Positions 1-12,620 of a stretch of 64,000 nt of DNA are shown here, one piece after another (the first letter of the stretch is position 1; each line of letters opens with the position of its first letter). Location: the NCBI GenBank assembly GCA_043228905.1, contig JBHGNT010000002.1:25420001-25484000 (forward strand), read 5' to 3'. The notes beneath the pieces are model-generated. The model did no database searches. It was not told the DNA's origin and was given only the letters and a program-made list of their open reading frames with translations. This stretch comes from Azolla caroliniana (Eukaryota; Plantae; Polypodiophyta). The position numbers and the translations under genes are program-made.

Positions 1-1
1 A

Positions 2-2915
2 GAAAACTCCTTAAATGTTAGAAGAGAAATTGTTTCCCCAACACATTCAGCTCCTCTGCTGGCCATTTCTAGTCAAATTGAGCAAGAAAGAGGCTCCCAT
101 TTGACAGTGGTCCCTATTGAGTTTCTTGAGATAGAATCTGAATCCCAAATTCCTGAAGATTCCAAGAATGGGTCTCGATCCCTAATGCTCACTCATTCAG
201 ACGAGTTCACTATGTCGTCATTCTCAAACTCACATTCTTTTATGCATAATCCCAGCTGCTCCTGCAATTACACTTCAGATAACCAAGACCTCTCTTCTGC
301 AGGGAACAAACATCTAACCGCAGGTGCCATCCGTGATGAAAAATTCTCATGGAAGAGCTATCAAACTCAGAGAGTTTCTTATGGTCTGAAAGATTCATCT
401 CAGCATGGAACTGGGATTCTCCTCTATCAACAACAGAATGCGCACAATGGGAACGTGCAAGATCTCTCTGTAAGTAACCAAAGTAGTGGAAGCAATAAGG
501 CTATTGTCAATTGTCATTTTGGGCAAGCATTTGGAGCTCAAGAACTCAAAGTTCGTTGGCAACAATGTGATGATATGAGTAAGAAATCGGCATTGAATAT
601 GTTTAATCAGAAAGACCCCATGCCTTGGACGGTATCAAACCAACAAGCTCAGTTTGAGAGAGAGAGAAGGAAATCATGTCTGCCCATCATAGGAGATATA
701 AATGTTGGGAATGAGAAGATTGGATTGTTTGAGATTGCAACTGAGCCCATTGCTATAGTGGTTCACAAAATGCAAGAGCTGCCTGAGAGTGTCCTTGTTG
801 ACTTAAAGCGCCTGGCAAAGGAATTGCTAGGTAATTTTGAAAAACGAAAAGAGTTTTTGATGCTACAAGACATGATAAGACGAAGGGTTGACTTAACTGA
901 ACAAACACTCTTGCATGCGAATATGACCCAGTTGGAGATTCTCGTTGCCCTAAAGACAGGTCTATGTGATTACGTGAAAGAAGATGTGGAATCTTTCTTT
1001 ACTTGTGAGGAATTGGTGGAGATACTTCTTCAGAGGCGGTGTCGAAACATTGATTGCAAGCAAGCATTGCCTGTGGGTGGATGTGATTGCTCAGTTTGCT
1101 CACAGAAGAATGGGTTTTGTAGTGAATGCATGTGTGTGGTGTGTTTCAAGTTCGATTCTGATAATGGTAGTTGCCAATGGGTGGGCTGTGATGCTTGTGA
1201 GCACTGGTGCCATGCCGACTGTGCTCTGAGGATGTTTCACATTGCTCATGCTGATGGAAATTCGTCCAGGATTATGTATAGATGTGTTTCATGTGAACGC
1301 CATTGCGACTTGTTCATGTTTGTCGCAGATGTTTTCCGGAATTGTGCTCACTCTTGGGATGCTGAAGCTCTCCAGAAAGAGTTGGATTCAGTTTGTCGGA
1401 TCTTTCATGGCAGCAAAGATATTATAGGAAAGCGATTATATCACCTAGCTGGAAAGATGTTGAGATGCCTTGAAATTGGTGTTGATCCGCTTGAGGTCTA
1501 TAAGGTCATGCTCACATTTTTCAACGGTACGGTTTTTCCCATTGATCTTGCTCATAAACTTTCCTATATATTTTTGTTTACTGTAACTATTAACTAATGT
1601 CATTTCACAATTGCTCATTTCCACTGTCTGATTAGATTCTAACTAAAATTCGAAATTTTTGACTCTCATATCTCATTTAGTTGTATGGAAATACATTCGT
1701 CCATGCAACAACATGTGCTTTAGCTACCTTCTAGCGTTTAGATTGATGTGCTTCTAAAAGAAGGTAGCTAAATCACATGTTGTCCACTCATAACCTGATT
1801 CTGGAAAATTCCATACTTTCAAACCAAAATGGTTTAATTTTCTTTTTATTTGGGTAGAAATAATAAATAAACCATTCATCAAGTCTAAAAGATGACCAAA
1901 TGGTTCATTTGAATTAAAAGCACACAAACCCTCTGACAAAGCAAATAGCTAATGATACTAGTTCGATTGAGCAAGAAGAAATACAAGAATCAGAAAAAGA
2001 TCCACACCCTTCACAAAAACAGTAGGAAACCAACATAAAAGCTTGAAAAATAGCCTAATATAAAATGCATTAAATGTAGTTTAGAGCTATCATATGATGT
2101 ATCATTAGGAAGATCTTGACTAGTAGATCCTAAATATATCCTCTCAAGATAAAATTTGAGATTGTGAGCTCAAGATATTCTAGGAACAATTTCACCAATC
2201 CCATTCTCAAATCAGGGGGGATATTTCACAGCCTACTCAAACCAACCTCTTTACAAAGTTGGCATTATATTTAGAGTTTTTGCCAAAATTTTTAGCTTAT
2301 TTCTATTCTCCCTGTCTTTGTCTCCAATCATCTTTGGAAAGTAACTTGGCATGTTTGTTATGAATTACAGACAAGAATAGAGTTGATGATTCTGTGAAGA
2401 AACAGCTGCCTTCTGTCTTGAAAGATGATGAGACATTTAATGCTATAAATGCCCAAAATGTAACTTTCCAATTGGACGTGAATGTCGGAACAAAGTTTGC
2501 TGATGTGGACAAAGCTGTCATATCAGCATTAAAAGATGGAAGAGGTATCATAGAGAAGAGGACAGAACATGAGAAAGAATGTTGGAATGATGAAATTAAA
2601 GGCATCGAAAGTATAGTTCAATCTAAGCAAGAGGAGGCAAAGTTGCTCCAAAAGCGAGCGGAAGAAACTCACTGGGAAGCAATGAGCTTACAACATGCCA
2701 TTTCATCACAGAGAGAGAGGATTGAGCACGAATTTGCTAGTACATATGCGAAGCTTCGGCTGAATGAGGCTGAAAAGAAGAGAATGAAAATGCTCGAGAA
2801 TTTGCAAACCCTCGAAAAGGCGAAACATGATTACCATAAGATGAAGATGATGATGGAGGTTCAGATCAAGAATCTTCTCATGACGATGGATATTATGAAA
2901 TGGAATTATGCATAG
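2..2915 (+). CDS. OBE: OBERON-family PHD-finger/coiled-coil protein (long N-terminus, OBE3/OBE4-like), 5'-truncated; exons <2-1526 and 2371-2915
   Basis: The frame is open from base 2. It contains the OBERON PHD region (RCRNIDCKQALP..CDCSVCSQKNGFCSECMCVVCFKFD..CQWVGCDACEHWCHADC..YRCVSC). The phase-1 intron 1527-2370 (gtacgg..tacag) joins in frame to a C-terminal coiled coil (IESIVQSKQEEAKLLQKRAEE..YAKLRLNEAE). Confidence 0.9.
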
Positions 2916-4116
2916 CTCCAGAGAGGTTACTGAAACTGAGGTCAAAGATTGAAAATGGACATTGTAGAATGGCAATATGCACATCTCGAGGGCTACTCAA
3001 AATGAGATTAAAACCTGCAATATGAATCTTACAGAGTGGTATATGCATAGCTGAAATGGTATCCAACTGGAGGTTTATGCTTTGAAAAGTGGACCTTACA
3101 AGATGGTCAGAGCCATAGCTCAAGTTAATATTCGAGTATTACGAGATTAAAGCTTGAAACTGGACCTCATAGAATGGCAATGTATGAGAGCCACAGCTCA
3201 TTGTATTTTTACTCAAACTTGAGATTGAAAGTTACCCAATTTGCAACATTTACACCTAGATTGTGATGATTGCAAAAGGAGCTTAAGAAACATTGGTCCT
3301 CGCTTGTAAAAATAACATAAAAATGTATTGTATAAGATAAAAAAATAATTGTAGTCTGACCTAATGATGATTATTTAACTTGGTTCAAACTTCCATTACC
3401 CCCATCACCCATGTATGAGATCAATATGTCGTCATGATTATTCTTAAAATTCCAAACTGATGATGTTTCCATATCCAAAGGTATAATGACTCAACTTCCA
3501 ATCAATTGCACCTGCTGCGAAAATACTGCCTGATTTGTTTTATTGGAATTTATTCACATCATGTCTTCTTGGGAGTCTTTCACTTGAAACCTTTGTTCTT
3601 TGGAAACTACTATAGCCTTAGGTTGTTCTAACCTAGGTATTTCTCATTCATTAATTTACTTTATAAGCATCTCTTCTCTTACAAATTAATCTTAGCAATA
3701 GTTACACAACCAGTGCTCTTCACAATTGATCGCAACCAAGGGGGAGTTGGGCTCCAAACCTATGGCTTAAAAGGCTTAAAAAGCAAGAGCATAAGACTAG
3801 GTTTTCTAAACTTTTTGGATGTTTTCTGGAATATCCCAGTTTAAAATGAGAAGAATATCCCAAGGCAGGACAAAGAAACAATTGCAAAGCTTCTAAGCTT
3901 TACACTCATTACAGCTTCCTTAATGTTCTGATTCCATATGAACGAGAGCTCTTATTTCAAAATATAATTAATTTCCTTCGGTTTATAATGAAGGAATTCA
4001 TATATTTTTCCTTCATTAACGATCAGAGAACGTTTCTCTTAGTTCATGAGATGGGCGATTCTTTTGTTTGAAACAGCGATGGAATCTACGATCAAAGCTC
4101 GATTTTCTGCTGAGAA

Positions 4117-6507
4117 ATGGCTATGGCAACCAAGACCTGTGCATTTCTGCAGGAAAAGAAGCCATCCATCTCTTCACTTTCTCGATTATCAACACACATC
4201 GCTCAGACAAATAACGGGTTGTTGGAAGAAGAAGAAGAAAAAAAGAAGATTTCAAAGAAACAGAGTTTAGAATGCTATGTCTCTATTCTTCACTCATATA
4301 TAACGACAAAATCTCTTCAACAAGGTAAAATGTTTCATACCTATCTCATAAGTCATAGTCTTGAACATCACAGTCTTCTCAATCACCTCCTTATTCAAAT
4401 GTATGCTTCTTGTGGGGCCATGGATTTTGCTCTGTTTTTGCTCACAAATTCACCTGACCCAAAACGAAGCATATACTCTTTAAACACTATCATGAAGGAG
4501 CTTTTCAGATATGGTAGGAAGGAAGAAGCTTTGAAAATGTGCTTTAAAATCATTGAACAAAATGACAATTTGAAGCCAAATAAGGCCACTTTCATCACTC
4601 TCCTTTCGGGGTTTACAAGGAAATGTGACCTTGAAGAGGGGAAAATTGTCCACTTGTGGCTTATCGAGGATGGGATTAATGTGAGCAAGGAGGGACATGA
4701 TTTAGATAATGATGGGCATGATGTGGATGCCGTCGTTTCAACTGCACTTGTGAATATGTATGGTAAATGTGGTGACTTGGAGAGTGCATTTAATGTATCA
4801 GAGAGTATGATGATTCGTGATTCTGTTGGTTGGAATGCTCTTTTCGCTGTGTATGCACACCATGGAAAGTGGGCAGATATATTACGGTTTTTCAAGCAAA
4901 TGATCCTCGAAGGTGTGGTGCCAAATAGGGTTACTTTCGTCAGCATACTTTTGGCTTGTGAAAAGCTTGTAGCTGATGGTCAGCAAATTCATGCTTACAT
5001 TGTCAGCTCAAGATGTGGTTCCGATACGATTGTCGGAACTTCACTCTTGAACATGTATGGAAAATGTGGGAAAAAGGATGATGCAATGAGAGTGTTTGAT
5101 GATTTAACCATCAAGGACGTGGTTGCATGGAATGCTATTGTTGCGGTTTTTACTCGGTGTGGTTTGCATGTGAATGCTCTCCAACTCTTTGAGCAAATGG
5201 TGCAAGAAGCTGTTGTAGCAGACAAGGTCACTTTCATATGTATGCTTGATGCTTCTGTGGAACACCTTAGCCTTCGGGAAGTAGAGAAGATTCATGTTTT
5301 TGCAATTTCTCATGGTTTTGCATTGGATGTAGTGCTCGGAACTTCATTTATTAACATGTATGGAAAGTGTGGATCATTCAAGGATGCTCAGGGAGTTTTT
5401 GATACGTTTTTGGTGCAAGACCCAATTGCATGGAATGCAATGCTCTCTGCCCAAGTCCAATCGGGGGAGGGGGCACAAACCTATCAAATTTTCACTAGAA
5501 TGCTACTGGAATGTGTTCTTCCTTGCAGAGCCACATTTGCAAGTTCTCTTTCAGCATTTGTCATCCAAGAAATGATAGGTGAAGGTAAAAGGTTACATAC
5601 TCATGTTATAGGGAGCAAATTCAAGGCAGACATTGTGCTAGGAAATACCCTTGTTAATATGTATGGAAAATGTGGTTATTTCAATGAGGCGGAAAAGATA
5701 TTTAAAGAGCTTCCTGAGGGAGATGTGGTGTCTTGGAATGCATTAATTGCAGCTTATGCTCAGCGGAAGCATGAAGATAAGGCTTGGGGGCTCATGGAGC
5801 AAATGCAAGTTGAGGGAATATTGCCTGATAAAGTCACATTTATCAGCATTCTAGATGCGTGTGTAACTGATGCCTCTTTAACAAAGGGTAAGCTGATGCA
5901 TTGCTGCATAATCTCTAATCATTTTGATATGGACACCTTCATTGGATCTGCTATAGTTAGCATGTATGGGAAATGTGGTAGTTTGTGTGATGCCGAAGAA
6001 GCTTTTAACCATATGCCAAGGCAAACGACTGTGTCTTGGAATGCTTTTCTTGCCACCTTTTCCCAGCATGGGAAAGCTAAGCAAACTATTCGATATTTTG
6101 ATCGAATGAAACAAGAAGTAGTACCGGATAAGGTGACATTCATCATTCTCCTTACAGCATGTAGCCATGCTGGGTTAGTGGATGAAGCTTGTGACTTCTT
6201 CTCCTCCATGTTACAAACATATAACCTCATACCTTCCATAGATCATTATGCTTGCATGATAGATCTTCTTGGGAGAGCGGGACGTTTGCAAGAAGCTGAG
6301 AATTTACTTAAAAGAGCCCCTTGTCGGCATAATGCAGTGCTATATAAAACCTTACTGGGGGCATGCATGCAACAAAGTGATGTTGAACGAGGTGAAAATG
6401 CTGCGAAGGCTGCATTTCACTTGGACCGACATGATCCAACACCATATATAATGCTTCGAAATCTTTATTCAGTTGCGGAAAGAGGATCTGATATTGCAAT
6501 GTTATGA
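4117..6507 (+). CDS. PLS-class pentatricopeptide repeat protein with C-terminal E region and no DYW domain (probable organellar RNA-editing factor), 796 aa, intronless
   Basis: Repeated P-L-S triplets (LVNMYGKCG..A..VF..M..RD.V.WNA) are followed by P2/L2/S2 motifs (LLTACSHAGLVDEA, HYACMIDLLGRAGRLQEA) and an E-like segment (YIMLRNLYS). The stop comes before any PG box or DYW domain. Confidence 0.92.
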   Translation: MAMATKTCAFLQEKKPSISSLSRLSTHIAQTNNGLLEEEEEKKKISKKQSLECYVSILHSYITTKSLQQGKMFHTYLISHSLEHHSLLNHLLIQMYASCGAMDFALFLLTNSPDPKRSIYSLNTIMKELFRYGRKEEALKMCFKIIEQNDNLKPNKATFITLLSGFTRKCDLEEGKIVHLWLIEDGINVSKEGHDLDNDGHDVDAVVSTALVNMYGKCGDLESAFNVSESMMIRDSVGWNALFAVYAHHGKWADILRFFKQMILEGVVPNRVTFVSILLACEKLVADGQQIHAYIVSSRCGSDTIVGTSLLNMYGKCGKKDDAMRVFDDLTIKDVVAWNAIVAVFTRCGLHVNALQLFEQMVQEAVVADKVTFICMLDASVEHLSLREVEKIHVFAISHGFALDVVLGTSFINMYGKCGSFKDAQGVFDTFLVQDPIAWNAMLSAQVQSGEGAQTYQIFTRMLLECVLPCRATFASSLSAFVIQEMIGEGKRLHTHVIGSKFKADIVLGNTLVNMYGKCGYFNEAEKIFKELPEGDVVSWNALIAAYAQRKHEDKAWGLMEQMQVEGILPDKVTFISILDACVTDASLTKGKLMHCCIISNHFDMDTFIGSAIVSMYGKCGSLCDAEEAFNHMPRQTTVSWNAFLATFSQHGKAKQTIRYFDRMKQEVVPDKVTFIILLTACSHAGLVDEACDFFSSMLQTYNLIPSIDHYACMIDLLGRAGRLQEAENLLKRAPCRHNAVLYKTLLGACMQQSDVERGENAAKAAFHLDRHDPTPYIMLRNLYSVAERGSDIAML

Positions 6508-9500
6508 CGGCAATAACCGAAAAAGTGCCTTTCTTCTTTGCTGATCCTATACTAAATGTCTTGAAAAATAATATTTCAATGACAGGTCTTGCTTTAACAG
6601 TCAGTTTGGCATACCACTCACCCACATATTATCAATGCTGCACTGCCAAGGGAAGAACCAAAGAATGGTGATGAGTTGATGATTAAAATGAGGGCTTCGG
6701 TTCTTATTTATACAACTCTAGGATGTCTTAATATCTCAACATGAGCATTTCACATTAGGTTGAGCATTAGATGCGCTGTTGAGATGTCTAGAAGCACAAC
6801 CACTCCCCTCTCATGCTTTATTGCAACACTAGACAATATCGAGTATGGCAATGCCAGGCAAGTGTCTCTTGATCGATTTGGTTGATTCCCTAGTGACAGA
6901 TTTGGGTTCATGTGTCCACTTGACCAAATCTTTGTGTGTAAGACATGTTGGTGTAGATTTTTGCGCTATGTAAATTCACATGGCCTCATGCAGGTCATGC
7001 TGTGATGGTTTAAAGTTAATGTAAAATACCACAGCGTCTTGACAATGGAAGTTGTAATGCATTCATGGACACGTTCGTTTGCTTTCAGTTGCCAATTGAA
7101 TGTGTTTATTGAGTTCAGCGGCAATTCATGGAAAAAATTGTTGTATCCCTTATAACTCATTGATATACCATTTCCTGTCCCTTATTACACACTGAAGTAC
7201 CGTTTCTTTTTTAATCAATAAAAACATATACTATGGTGCTTCAAATCACTTGGCTATCCAAATAATGTCTTGGCTCCATTCATACGAATAACCTCCTTCC
7301 ATTGAAGAGTGCATTCACATGTTGAACACTAGACATGTAGATGTAATTGAAAACATATAATTAAATTCTCAAGGATTCTGCCAGGAAGTACATACACATG
7401 TCATGAGAAGTTTTGTCACAGCTCAAATGTATGCCAAGTACAAGCGTTAAAACTGGTAAGCAATTAGGAAGTTCCAAATCCCTCACATCTCCTATATCTA
7501 TATAAAATGACCTCTCATTATAATGTTTGATGGATCAGCAACCAACACTATCATTGGTCTCTCTTCTATCTTTAGTCTTGTGACCACGCAATCACTATTT
7601 CATTACGAATTGTTCAAAATTTGAGGTAATTGGGACTTTTGTCTAGCAAAACGGCTTTATGAGACTCTTTTCCATAGCGGTGATTGTTGGAAAAAATTGC
7701 GTGAACTTGTATTAGGAAATGCTTATAAAAGTACAAAATTAACATGTTTGGAAGTACATAATAATCAACATTGAACTTCCATTATTCCATTTGACCATCA
7801 CCATCACCATTCACAACTACTAGTCTACTAAGTTGTTTATTATGTGAATATTCATATGCCAACTAGATGTGCAAAACAACATGCAATCTAAAAGTAACTT
7901 GGAATGACAAATGATGTAGGCTTGTGGGGTTTAGCCAAAAGCAATGGGTCTAGTGCTATCATCGTTGTAAAAAGCACAAATATTTTGACTTTGTAATCAT
8001 TACACTAGAAGTTAACTAACACGATTCTCCTCAAATGATCGATTTATAAAATTACTTTCCAATTGTAGTTAATTTTATCTTTATTTCCCATAGTTTAAGT
8101 GCGATTTTGAAGAACCAACAATTGTTTGCATGTAGAAAGCTACCGTCTCCTACTTCGAAATTCATCAACCTCATCGTTGGTTATCTTGAGAACTACCTCA
8201 TTATCTTAACGATTGCTCCAATGATACCTATAAGCATGTCAATCATGTTTAGTAGTGGAGGTCTATTAATGACATTAATGCTCAAAATATTTAATAGTGT
8301 CTTTTTACAATCATCCGATGAGGAACGAGTAGATGGCAACACATTTAGCACATTCTTACTAGATGGATAATAATTGAGACAATGTGGTTTCTACATTATT
8401 ATATCATTTCATATGTAAATGATTGATACTACTTTGAGCAAATGAGGAAATCGTGTATGCTGAATATACACTTGTATAGTCAAAATCTTTCTTGTCTTAA
8501 AAGGTAACCTATCCACGACCACAAAAAAGAATCATTTCATGTACAAATAGGTCCATTTTCTATACCATCTTAAGATTATTAATGACGTAATAGTCTCATG
8601 CAAGCCTATCAATAGGGTGCATTCTCCGAATCACTATAATGCATGTTGCACCCACTACCATTTTTAGTGAAAAGGGATTTTTGTAAGATTTTTTAATTTA
8701 CTACCCACCTCACAATGGTAATAACCAATGAAACCTTATTCGAGAAGAAGCCCGGACTATCATAACAAGCCAATACATGCTAGTGTAAACTAATATATTT
8801 TAGAGTCCATTCACATCACTAAAGTCAAAAGAGTTTGAAGTTTACTTATAAATTATGCCCCACTTGAAGGCCACATATGATGCAAGGAGTTCCCATGGCA
8901 TTCTCAAATTTCCACATAGCATAATGATTTTGGAAACTTTGGCGAGAATATTACATCGACATCAAAAAACTATTGTAACAATAAATCTTGTCAAAGTGTT
9001 ACATTCTTTGACAATAAATATTGTCAAAGAATATCAAATTGAGAGTACAATGAGAGCTAGGGTCATAGATGAGGGAAAGAATACTGCCACTAGAAAATAG
9101 ATGTTATGTCATAGTCCATTTTATCCAAGTTGACAACTTGTCCCTATCACATTTTGTGTATAGTACATTCTTCCCCCTTGAAACAATAAGTTGGATGGAT
9201 CTCTAGATCCCTTGTAGAACAATTATTACTCAATAACAATAGTTTAAGCATTAGTTAATGATCAATAACAATGATGGTGCTTCACGAACCTATGGTTATG
9301 TTTGAAATCCTATCTTTGGTTGCAAGTACACTTGTTGGGAAATTCATGAAATTTGTAATCAAGAGAGGTAACTCCTAATAATTGTAAATCCCCAAGGCAT
9401 ATATGTATCACATACTCTCAAAAGCAAGATGCACCTCTAAAATAATTGAAACCCCCCATCTTTTCACTTGTTCACCTTTTAGAAAACGATACCAATGGAG

Positions 9501-12099
9501 AGTGTGACATTTACAACCATATAGCCTAATGAAAAAGTATAGTTTTTCTAATAGTAAGCATCACACCTCTCTGACTAGACATGGATTCACAAGAGAAACT
9601 ATATACATGAAAGATATATGATGAGGATGAGGATCTACTAAAATCCTCCATGAGCAAGTAACACGACATATGCAATTGGCAGTGTTATGACATACCCAAA
9701 GTTTTTAAAAATCTATTTTTATGCTCAAACAAAGAGCAAATATGAGTGCCCAGAAGGTAGTGTCATGAGATTTAGCTTAAAACATTGAGTTCCAAATGCA
9801 AACTCTTCACATAAATAAGAACCTCATCTATGTTAATGTTCCATAAAATAGTATAAGTTTATCACTTGCTCCCATTCAATCTAACATGTTGACCTTATCA
9901 CTAGGTTCTATTTAACATTACCATATTATACATGTTTTAAGTCTTCCTTTTCACAATGTAAATGACTCCATTTAGATGCTACTAGAAGTATATGCATAAA
10001 TGCCAATTGCAAACATGCATAATTCCCCCAAATGTTTATAGGCCATGGATGGGCCCTCAATCATGTAACGATATGCTTGTTAGTCTTTCTATAGCAATTT
10101 CACAATAATGATTTACGTTCACCTCAATATATGAATCCTAATAAAATATTTGGCAGCTAAGCATATCAAATTCGAAGATATTTAACTTGGATCGTAGTCC
10201 ATTATCTCCTATTCATGGTCCAAAGGAGAGAGCTAAGTTTGGTTTATAAGGGTGTTGTCATATAGAGATAAGAAGTTCTTGCATTCCACACACACACTCC
10301 ATCAACCATATATATGTATCTTTAAGTGATGGGGTTATTATAGGAGACCAAAAGGTCATATACTAGACCCTTACAATTGCAATGCGATCTAGTAAGGTAG
10401 TGTGTAAAGAAAGAGAGAGATATTGATTTTTTAATGGGCCATGACCAAACAATGGAATGTGAGATATTCATATGATCTCATAAGACAAGGATGATGAAGA
10501 AGTATTGCAAGCCTTAAATCTAGCCAATTCTTAGGTGATGCCTCGTAGTGAAAAATTGATGAGGTACAATGAGAATACAGCTAATGCAAGCCAACCTACT
10601 AATCATAAAGTGTATACTTTTAAGTTTTAACATGAAACTAATAAGCATGCAATGAAGGTAATTTGAATTATAAGATTGTCGTTAATTTGGCAGTTTGAGG
10701 AACCTTCCCCATTGGTGTCTATCTTTATGAGAAATAACTTTCACGGTAGATTTCAAGGTTTAGTTGCCCCAAGGATCCTCATGATTGTATTTTATAGGGT
10801 CACCAAGGGTTTTGTTTTTTGGTTTCTTCCTTTTAATATAGTACATACCACTAGAGAGAGAGAGAGAGTGAGGAGAGAGAGAGCGAGAGGTTTTAATGTC
10901 ACCTTTGAAGGTCAAATATAACCTATGAGACAAATACAAAGTTTTCATGTAATACATGTGAAAGTCAATCGAAAATCTAAATATTCAAGAACTTTACATG
11001 GTGACTGTTTCCATTGAGACTAAGTATTATGACTCTAAGAGAAATTCATACGAGGATTATGTTGGGTCAAAGATTTGTGGAAAGCATAGTCAAAGATGGT
11101 CAAAGGTAGCACATTTATCAAAATGTGATGTTGAAGTGAGTGTGAACTAAGTTGTATGCAAGCAATGGTTCAGATGGTGGATAAATAAGGATGGGCACTA
11201 AAATGTATTGGTGAAGGTGGTTTCCCATTCAATGAAGAATGTCGTTTTGTTGTAATTGTTAGGTGCGAATGTGGTATAATGTGTGAAGGGTGATGTGTAT
11301 TGCATACCATCTTCCAAACCATTGTTTCATATCGTGCATGAGAGAGAGAGTGTGATAGAAAGAGAGCATCCCTTCTTTTGGTATAGGAAGGTTAACACTA
11401 TCTTCTACCCCAGTTTAACGTCTGTATGGCACATTTCGGCTTGTATACAAGATGCCATATTGCAAACCGTAAAACAAATGGCTATTTTAGAAAGCTAGGA
11501 CAAAGTCTTAGTTGCTAGAAATGTCAATTTTGCAATATCCAATTCAAAATTGAACTATAGTTACACTTGAGGTAGATTGGAGATTTGATGGTCATAAAAC
11601 ACTTGCCAAAGGAAAAGCAAATGATGTATATCATAAACTAATTGATAAGTATGCATGGATAGTAGAATGAGTTAAATTATAAAGATTGGGGAATAACAAG
11701 ATCCAATAGGTGGTGGCAAAGCGTGGTGCAAATGGGGTGGCAATTGAAGACAATGTGTGTGTTGTCTTAGTCGATTACTGTGTGAGGTTGGTCGACTTAT
11801 GCGGACGTGTATGAGGATCTTGTTGTTAGTGGGAACAAGCAAGCATGAATCAATAGGGAGGTAGAATGGTGTATTGTTCAATCAAGAAGATATGCACATA
11901 GAGAAATAGACAGTTACACAGTAGTAGCTCAAGAAGACTATTATATTACTAATCCCACGAACCTCTTTTTTACAAGATACAGTTCCTATTGTTTATAGTT
12001 AGGGTAACTAAGCCCTAACATTGAGGACATGTTCACACTGAGAGTACAATGGGTAGAGTGGGACTTTTAGCCCAACAACAATCTCGTCTTCCTTTAAAA

Positions 12100-12620
12100 G
12101 CTAAGGTATTTATTTTGAGGGTCATGGTAGGTAAATTACCTCTTCGAGAGGCTTTGCAAAGAGAAAGTATTGTTTCTCAAATGTGTTTGTTTTGCACAAA
12201 TTTAGAGGAACATTGTCAATATTGATGTCTCAGTTATCCATTGGCAAATGCTATCTAGAAATTTATATCTATAGTGTGGCCAACTTCAATAATAGGTGGA
12301 GTATCAAAATCTTTGTTTCGATTGGTGATTGATTGTGTGGAATCGAGAATGCCCTCTTCACATTTTGAGATAGTATTTTAGTATCTAAGAGGAACATTGT
12401 CAATATTGATGTCTCAGTTATCCATTGGCAAATGCTATCAAGAAATTTATATCTATAGTGTGGCCAACTTCAATAATAGGTGGAGTATCAAAATCTTTGT
12501 TTCAATTGGTGATTGATTGTGTGGAATCAAGAATGCCCTCGTCACATTTTGAGATAGTATTTTAGTATCTAAGGTACGAGAATTACTGCATATTTGGTGG
12601 ATGCGGAATCCCTTTGTTTT
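12100..12620 (+). mobile_element. Decayed LINE 3' (zf-RVT-like) fragment containing a 184-bp tandem duplication
   Basis: 12204-12387 is repeated almost exactly at 12388-12572. The degenerate translation resembles the CxxC..E..H..CP.A..IW zinc-binding end of LINE ORF2. Confidence 0.4.

Noticed and set aside
7200-11900. Possible decayed DNA-transposon coding remnants
   Set aside because: The region is CpG-depleted and stop-riddled, and I could not recover a convincing catalytic motif or termini by eye.
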